A stretch of 51,972 bases of DNA, from NCBI GenBank assembly GCA_964470715.1, contig CAYYDZ010000005.1, forward strand, positions 1 through 51,972, written 5' to 3'. Both the position numbers and the translations under genes were made by a program. This document shows positions 45,984 to 51,972 of the stretch, piece by piece. This DNA comes from an uncultured Microthrixaceae bacterium. GTDB lineage: Bacteria; Actinomycetota; Acidimicrobiia; Acidimicrobiales; DATDAH01. The notes beneath the pieces were generated by a model. The model was not told where the DNA came from. It searched no databases and worked only from the letters and a program-made list of their open reading frames with translations. Position 1 is the first letter of the stretch, and the number at the start of each line of letters is the position of its first letter.

Positions 45984-46640
45984 GTGAAGATCGGAGTGTT
46001 GGGAGGGACCGGTCCGGCCGGTCGGGCGATGGCGGCCCGACTCGCGTCCGGCGGGTTCGACGTCGTCATCGGGTCGCGTTCGCGCTACCGGGCCATGGAA
46101 GAGCGGGATCGCCTGCTCGAACGGTGGCCCGACCGCAACCTGTCCGTGGATTCGGAGGACAACGAGGGGGCGGCCTCAGCCGACGTCGTCGTCATCGCCA
46201 CGCCGTGGGATGCCGCGGCGTCCACAGCGGCCTCGGTCTCGCGCCAGCTGCGCGGCAAGGTGGTCATCTCCATGGCCAACGCCCTCGCCAAGGTCGGCCA
46301 CGAGTTCCAGCCGCTGGTGCCGCCCCGCGGCTCGGTGGCGGCGAGCGTGCAGGCCGCCGTGCCGAAGTCGCTCGTGGCGGCCGCCTTCCACCACGTGCCC
46401 GCCAAGGAGCTCGGCGACCTCGACCACCCGGTCGAGAGCGACGTGCTCATCTGCTCGGACCACCCCTCGGCCACCGAGACGACCGCCGAGATCGTCCGCA
46501 AGCTCGCCGACATGCGTCCCCTCGACGCCGGGGAGCTGTCCAACGCCGCCCCCATCGAGGCCTTCGCCGCAGTGCTGCTCCAGCTCAACGTGCGCTACAA
46601 GACGCGGGCCGCGGTGAAGTTCACCGGCATCGACGAGTGA
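45984..46640 (+). CDS. npdG: NADPH-dependent F420 reductase
   Basis: KIGVLGGTGPAG, IGSR, IATPW, AAFHHVPA, DAGELSNA. Confidence 0.88.
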   Translation: MKIGVLGGTGPAGRAMAARLASGGFDVVIGSRSRYRAMEERDRLLERWPDRNLSVDSEDNEGAASADVVVIATPWDAAASTAASVSRQLRGKVVISMANALAKVGHEFQPLVPPRGSVAASVQAAVPKSLVAAAFHHVPAKELGDLDHPVESDVLICSDHPSATETTAEIVRKLADMRPLDAGELSNAAPIEAFAAVLLQLNVRYKTRAAVKFTGIDE

Positions 46641-47782
46641 CCACGCCGGGGGGCGAGGCGCCTCTGCGGCTGTACGACACGGCTCGGCGTGAGGTCGTCG
46701 ACTTCACTCCGGGACCGATCGTCACGATGTACACGTGCGGCATCACGCCGTACGACTCGTCCCACCTCGGCCACGCCGCCGTGTACCTCGCCTACGACGT
46801 CCTCCAGCGCCGCCTGCGCGACCGAGGTCACGAGACCCGCTGCGTTCGCAACGTCACCGACGTGGACGACGACATCTTGCGAAAGGCCCGAGAGCTGGGG
46901 GTGCACTACCTCGACCTCGCCGCCGCCGAGATGACGAAGTTCGATGCCGACATGGACGCCCTCGGCGTCGTGCCGTGCTGGAGCGAGCCGCGCGCCACCT
47001 CGGCCATCGCCGACATCCGCGGCTTCATCGGCATGGTGCTCGACCAGGGGCACGCCTACCAGTCCGGCGGGGCCGTGTACTTCGACGTGGCGTCGTCCCC
47101 CCGTTTCGGCCAGATCAGCCACCTCTCCCGTGAGGAGATGCTGGTGCTGGCCGCCGAGCGTGGCGGCAACCCCGATGATCCCCACAAGCTTGATCCCCTC
47201 GACTTCATCCTCTGGCAGCCGTCGGCGGACGACGAGCCCGCCTGGGAGTCGCTGTGGGGGCCCGGTCGACCCGGCTGGCACATCGAGTGCTCGGCACTGG
47301 CGCTGCGCGAGCTCGACACGACCATCGACCTGCACGGCGGCGGGGCCGACCTGATCTTCCCCCACCACGAGTGTGAAGCGGCCCAGTCCGAGGCAGCCAC
47401 CGGCCAGCCCTTCGTCCGCCACTGGATGCACCAGGCCATGGTGCGGATGGACGGTGAGAAGATGTCGAAGTCGCTCGGCAACCTCGTGTTCGTCCACGAT
47501 CTCCTCGAGGACCACGATGCGCGAGCCATCCGCCTGGCAGTGGTGTCCCACCACTACCGCGACTCCTGGGAGTGGGACGCCACGTTGATGCCGGAGGCCT
47601 CGGCACGCCTCCAGCGGTGGGTCGCGGCGGGCGACGGTGACGGGGGCCTGGACGAGGTGCGAGCCGCCCTCGACGACGATCTCGACACGCCCCGGGCGGT
47701 CGCCGCCATCGACGCCGCGGCGGCGGCCGGCCACGGCGTGAGCGACGCCTCCGCTCTGCTGGGCGTCCACCTCGCCGTCTGA
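46637..47782 (+). CDS. mshC: Cysteine ligase MshC (mycothiol synthesis; CysRS-like, no anticodon domain)
   Basis: CGITPYDSSHLGH, PGWHIEC, DLIFPHHE, KMSKS; only 381 aa. Confidence 0.75.
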   Translation: MTTPGGEAPLRLYDTARREVVDFTPGPIVTMYTCGITPYDSSHLGHAAVYLAYDVLQRRLRDRGHETRCVRNVTDVDDDILRKARELGVHYLDLAAAEMTKFDADMDALGVVPCWSEPRATSAIADIRGFIGMVLDQGHAYQSGGAVYFDVASSPRFGQISHLSREEMLVLAAERGGNPDDPHKLDPLDFILWQPSADDEPAWESLWGPGRPGWHIECSALALRELDTTIDLHGGGADLIFPHHECEAAQSEAATGQPFVRHWMHQAMVRMDGEKMSKSLGNLVFVHDLLEDHDARAIRLAVVSHHYRDSWEWDATLMPEASARLQRWVAAGDGDGGLDEVRAALDDDLDTPRAVAAIDAAAAAGHGVSDASALLGVHLAV

Positions 47783-47957
47783 CAGTGACAACGGTGAGTG
47801 GGGCCGGCGCACCGGTCCGGGGCACCGATTGACCGACGTCGTGTCCCGAATCCGACTCGTCGGCCGGCAGGCGCCGTCCTCCGCAGGGTCGCCACCACGT
47901 GAGCGAGGCCCGCGGTAGCCTGCCGCGGAGCACACGACGAGCGAGGGAGGGGGGCAC

Positions 47958-48764
47958 GTGGCACGAGAGGCAGGCCGGCTGTACCCACTGGCTCGCGCGG
48001 TGATGTCGCCGGTCTTCCGCTTCAACTGGCGGATGTACGTGCGCGGCATCGAGCACGTGCCGGACGTCGGGCCCGCCATCTTCTGCCCCAACCACACGTC
48101 GGTGCTCGATTCGTTCTTCCTTCCGCTGGTGCTGCCGCGACGCATCACCTATGTCGGCAAGGCCGAGTACATGGACGACTGGAAGACGAAGTTCCTCTTT
48201 CCCGCGATGGGGATGATCCCCATCGACCGGTCCGGTGGCTCGGCCAGCGAGCGAGCCCTCAACGCCGCCGCCAGGGTGCTCGAGGCAGGGGAGTTCTTCG
48301 GCATCTACCCCGAGGGCACCCGCTCCCGCGACGGGGTGTTGCACAAGGGCCACACCGGGCCGGCGCGCCTCTCGTTCCGCACTGGGGCTCCGATCATCCC
48401 CGTGGGCCTGGTGGGGACCCGCGAGGTGCAGCCGCCGGACGCGAAGTTCCCCAAGCCGTTCATGCCCGTGTGGGTCAACATCGGGGCTCCGATCGACCCG
48501 GCTCGCTACCGGGACCGCGAGAGCGACCGGCTCGCGCTGCGCCGCATGATCGACGAGGTCATGTTCGAGATCCGCAGCCTCTCGGGCCAGGACTACGTCG
48601 ACCACTACGCCACGAAGACCGACGAGACCATGCCGGCGAAGACGGCCGGGGTCATCACGAGCGAGGGGTTGGCCGCCAACGGCTCGGTTGCCAACGGGAG
48701 CGACAGCGGTACGACCGACGCCCCCGAGCGACGCTCGTCCGCATCGGTGCTCAACTCGGCCTGA
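47958..48764 (+). CDS. Lysophospholipid acyltransferase (PlsC family)
   Basis: NHTSVLD, PIDR, YPEGTRS. Confidence 0.92.
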   Translation: MAREAGRLYPLARAVMSPVFRFNWRMYVRGIEHVPDVGPAIFCPNHTSVLDSFFLPLVLPRRITYVGKAEYMDDWKTKFLFPAMGMIPIDRSGGSASERALNAAARVLEAGEFFGIYPEGTRSRDGVLHKGHTGPARLSFRTGAPIIPVGLVGTREVQPPDAKFPKPFMPVWVNIGAPIDPARYRDRESDRLALRRMIDEVMFEIRSLSGQDYVDHYATKTDETMPAKTAGVITSEGLAANGSVANGSDSGTTDAPERRSSASVLNSA

Positions 48765-48825
48765 GCCCGCCGACCTCCCGGGAATGGACTACGGGGCGTC
48801 GCGGGTCCGCCGGTAAGTTCAGGAC

Positions 48826-48885
48826 ATGAGCGAAGCGGTGGCCCTAGGGGCCCGGCGACGACGTCGCCAAGAGCGGTACCTATGA
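48826..48885 (+). CDS. Putative leaderless uORF MSEAVALGARRRRRQERYL
   Basis: ATG lies 6 nt after TAAGTT; its TGA overlaps the thrS ATG (ATGA). Confidence 0.45.
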   Translation: MSEAVALGARRRRRQERYL

Positions 48886-50837
48886 GCGCACAGATCAGCA
48901 TCGGCCTGCCGGACGGCTCCACGCGCGTGTTGGAGCCGGGCGCCACCGCGGGGGACCTCGCCGCGAGCATCGGCCGGGGCCTCGCCAAGGCCGCGGTGAT
49001 CGCCGAGATCAACGGCGAGGAACGCGACCTCGTCACCCCCCTGAGCGACGGCGACGCCGTATCGATCATCACCGCGGACAGCGAGCGGGGCCGCTACACG
49101 ATCCGCCACTCGACCGCGCACGTGCTCGCCCAAGCCGTGCTCGAGCTGTTCCCCGGCGCCACCTTCGCCATCGGGCCTCCCATCGAGAACGGCTTCTACT
49201 ACGACTTCGAGCTGGCCGACGGGGGCACCTTCACCCCCGAGGACCTCGAGCGCCTGGACGCCAAGATGCGCGAGATCATCAGGGAGCGCCAGCCCTTCCT
49301 GCGCGACGAGATCCCCGACGCGCAGGCCCTGGAGCTCTTCGCCGCCCACAAGTACAAGTGCGAGATCATCCGGGGCGCGGCCGACGACCCGACGTCGGCG
49401 ACGGAGTCGGGCCTCGTCCGCACCTACGAGAACCCGCCCCGCTTCATCGACCTCTGCCGGGGCCCGCACGTGCCCGACACGGGGAGCCACCTCGGGCACT
49501 TCAAGCTCACGCGGGTCGCCGGCGCCTACTGGCGGGGCGACGAGCGCAACCCCATGCTCCAACGCATCTACGGCACGGCCTGGGAGTCCAAGGCCAAGCT
49601 CGACGAGCACCTCACCATGCTCGAGGAGGCCGAGAAGCGCGACCACCGTCGCCTCGCCCACGAGCTCGACCTGCTCTCCTTCCCCGACGAGCTGGGGCCC
49701 GGCCTCGCCGTCTGGCACCCCAAGGGCGCCATCGTGCGCAAGCTCATGGAGGACTACAGCCGAGAGCGCCACGAGCGCGGCGGGTACCAGTTCGCCTACT
49801 CGCCCAACATCGCAAAGTCGGTGCTCTGGGAGACCAGTGGGCACCTCGGCTTCTACGCCGACGCGATGTACCCGCCCATGGAGCTGGACGACGGGGTGAA
49901 GTACTACCCCAAGCCGATGAACTGCCCGTTCCACATCCTCATCTACAAGAGCAACCAGCGCTCCTACCGCGAGCTGCCCTACCGGTTGTTCGAGCTGGGC
50001 ACGGTGTACCGGTACGAGCGGTCGGGCACCCTGCACGGGTTGTTCCGCATCCGGGGCTTCACGCAGGACGACAGCCACATCTTCGTCACGCCCGAGCAGC
50101 TCCCCGACGAGCTGGCCAGCCTGCTCGACTTCGTGCTGTCGGTCCTACGGGCCTTCGGCTTCGAGGACTTCCAGGCCAAGCTCTCGACCCGGCCGCCCGA
50201 GAAGTCGCTGGGGTCCGACGAGGACTGGGAGCGGGCCACCGACGCGCTGCGCTCGGCCATCGAGCTCGCCGGTCTCGACTACGAGGTGGACGAGGGCGGC
50301 GGCGCCTTCTACGGGCCCAAGATCGACGTCGACGTGCGCGACGCCATCGGGCGGAGCTGGCAGCTGTCCACCATCCAGGTCGACTTCCAGAACCCGCAGC
50401 GCTTCGACCTCGAGTACGTCGGCGCCGACAACCAGCGCCACCAGCCGATCATGGTGCACCGCGCCCTGTTCGGGTCCGTCGAGCGGTTCTTCGGCGTGCT
50501 GCTCGAGCACTTCGCGGGCGCCTTCCCGGTGTGGCTGGCCCCCGTGCAGGTGCGGGTCCTCCCCGTGCGCGATGACCATGAGACCTACGCGCACCGCCTG
50601 GTCGACCGGCTCCAGAGCGAGGGCTTCCGGGCCGACGCGATCGGCGCCGACGAGAAGCTCGGCGCCCGAATCCGCAAGGCGAAGGTCGAGAAGCTGCCCT
50701 ACGTGCTGGTGGTCGGCGACGACGATGTCGAGCACGGCACCGTCGGGGTCAATCCCCGCGGGGGCGAAGTCGAGCGAGGCGTGGTCGTGGACGACTTCGT
50801 CGCCCATCTCGCCGCCGACGTGGTCGCTCGTGCCTGA
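48882..50837 (+). CDS. thrS: Threonyl-tRNA synthetase
   Basis: TGS domain, RHSTAH, RDHRRL, PMNCP, FTQDDSH, GAFYGPKID, MVHRA. Confidence 0.98.
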   Translation: MSAQISIGLPDGSTRVLEPGATAGDLAASIGRGLAKAAVIAEINGEERDLVTPLSDGDAVSIITADSERGRYTIRHSTAHVLAQAVLELFPGATFAIGPPIENGFYYDFELADGGTFTPEDLERLDAKMREIIRERQPFLRDEIPDAQALELFAAHKYKCEIIRGAADDPTSATESGLVRTYENPPRFIDLCRGPHVPDTGSHLGHFKLTRVAGAYWRGDERNPMLQRIYGTAWESKAKLDEHLTMLEEAEKRDHRRLAHELDLLSFPDELGPGLAVWHPKGAIVRKLMEDYSRERHERGGYQFAYSPNIAKSVLWETSGHLGFYADAMYPPMELDDGVKYYPKPMNCPFHILIYKSNQRSYRELPYRLFELGTVYRYERSGTLHGLFRIRGFTQDDSHIFVTPEQLPDELASLLDFVLSVLRAFGFEDFQAKLSTRPPEKSLGSDEDWERATDALRSAIELAGLDYEVDEGGGAFYGPKIDVDVRDAIGRSWQLSTIQVDFQNPQRFDLEYVGADNQRHQPIMVHRALFGSVERFFGVLLEHFAGAFPVWLAPVQVRVLPVRDDHETYAHRLVDRLQSEGFRADAIGADEKLGARIRKAKVEKLPYVLVVGDDDVEHGTVGVNPRGGEVERGVVVDDFVAHLAADVVARA

Positions 50838-51372
50838 GCGGGCCGGCCCCGCACTCGAACGCCAATGGGCGGGCTGGCGCAGCGACTACATCACCAGCGC
50901 CTTCGCCGGTGACGCCGACAGCCCGTCGTCGGCGCACGGCGACGACGGCTCCCTCTTCGAGCGGATCCTGCACTCGGGTGAGCCCGACGACGTCACCTAC
51001 GTCCTGCACCGGGGTGTGCACACCTTCGCCATCTTGAACGCGTACCCGTACAACAGCGGGCACCTCATGGTGCTGCCCAACCGAGCCGTGGCCGACCTCG
51101 AGGGCCTGACGGTCGACGAGTCCTCCGAGCTGTGGGTCACCGTCACCCGGGCGGTGGCTGCCATCAAGGCCGCCTACGCGCCCCAGGGGGTCAACGTGGG
51201 CATGAACCTGGGGCATGCCGCGGGAGCGGGCGTGCCCGACCACCTCCACGTGCACTGCCTGCCACGCTGGTTCGGCGACACCAACTTCATCACCACCGTG
51301 GCCGAGACCCGCGTCCTGCCCGAGCCGCTCGGCGTCAGCTGGGAGCGGCTGAGGGCCGCTTGGCCCTCCTGA
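50830..51372 (+). CDS. HIT family protein (Ap4A phosphorylase-like)
   Basis: LNAYPYNSGHLM, HLHVH; follows thrS as in mycobacteria. Confidence 0.9.
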   Translation: MPERAGPALERQWAGWRSDYITSAFAGDADSPSSAHGDDGSLFERILHSGEPDDVTYVLHRGVHTFAILNAYPYNSGHLMVLPNRAVADLEGLTVDESSELWVTVTRAVAAIKAAYAPQGVNVGMNLGHAAGAGVPDHLHVHCLPRWFGDTNFITTVAETRVLPEPLGVSWERLRAAWPS

Positions 51373-51398
51373 GCCGCACCCCGGTACGGTCGTCGCTG

Positions 51399-51932
51399 AT
51401 GGCCGACGAGACGACACCGGGCGACGCCCCCGACGAGGACCTCCCCGTCGCCGGCGACGAGCTGCCCGAGGACCTCGACGTCTCGGCCTTCGTCGGGCCC
51501 TACCAGTTCCCCAACAACAACCGCCGGCGCATCCCTGGCTACATCTACCTGGGCCTCGGGGCGCTCTGCATCCTCGTGTGGGGGGTGACCCGGGGTGGCG
51601 ACCCGGTTCTGGTCAACGCGGGCGTGCTCTACGCGGGTGTCGCCCTGGTCGTCGTGGCCCTCTACCACTTCCTCGCCGGCGTCACCCTCGAGCTCGACGA
51701 GAAGGACGCCCTGGTCGGGGCCACCCACGCCGTGGGATTCCCCGTGGGCCACGCCTCGGCTCAGATGGGCTGGCGGGGCCTGCGCAGCCGCCCCACCTGG
51801 CGCGTCCTGCTGTACTCGGCCGACGAACCGCCCACGAAGCGGGGATTGGTGATCATCGACGGCGTCGACGGCGAGGTCATCGACCAGTTCGTCGAAGACA
51901 ACCCGGAGGATTGGACGCAGTACGAAGACTGA
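51399..51932 (+). CDS. Hypothetical membrane protein
   Basis: Acidic N-terminus, two TM segments, PTWRVLLYSADEPP. Confidence 0.75.
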   Translation: MADETTPGDAPDEDLPVAGDELPEDLDVSAFVGPYQFPNNNRRRIPGYIYLGLGALCILVWGVTRGGDPVLVNAGVLYAGVALVVVALYHFLAGVTLELDEKDALVGATHAVGFPVGHASAQMGWRGLRSRPTWRVLLYSADEPPTKRGLVIIDGVDGEVIDQFVEDNPEDWTQYED

Positions 51933-51972
51933 TATTCCGAGGTCTTTCGCTGGCGCAGCGCAGTTTCGGGTG

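Noticed and set aside
48765-48881. T-box upstream of thrS
   Set aside because: The region is too short and has no T-box motif.
51933-51972. Possible att site or island boundary at the window end
   Set aside because: Only 40 nt are visible, with no tRNA end, repeat or integrase to support it.
1-51972. CRISPR array, tRNA or rRNA genes
   Set aside because: No regularly spaced repeats or tRNA/rRNA signatures were seen by eye; a covariance-model scan was not run.

Overview
A high-GC actinobacterial chromosomal window. Gene content (fabI-npdG-mshC, thrS-HIT, Flp pilin, many lipid/steroid catabolic enzymes) suggests class Acidimicrobiia, which is an inference. About 55 CDSs, mostly lipid catabolism, transport, cell-envelope and housekeeping functions; I saw no rRNA, tRNA or CRISPR array. 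The main discovery is at the left edge: a complete IS110-family element (~55-1454). Its ~180-nt non-coding left end folds into two homologous loops carrying four guide segments. These match the two element ends and the two flanking target halves, which is the layout of a bridge RNA for an RNA-guided DEDD recombinase. A -35/-10 promoter is assembled only when the two ends are joined in the excised circle. Other points of interest: a cupredoxin + beta-helix + DUF1996 surface operon; sigma28/WhiG-like promoter matches before a lone Flp pilin and an M23 peptidase; a triple-hairpin GGA-loop intergenic element; a 19-bp bidirectional leaderless promoter; an Arg-rich leaderless uORF coupled to thrS; and three gene relics absent from the ORF track. 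Many starts were moved from the ORF track using RBS or -10 context. All family calls come from motif recognition by eye; no database searches were run.
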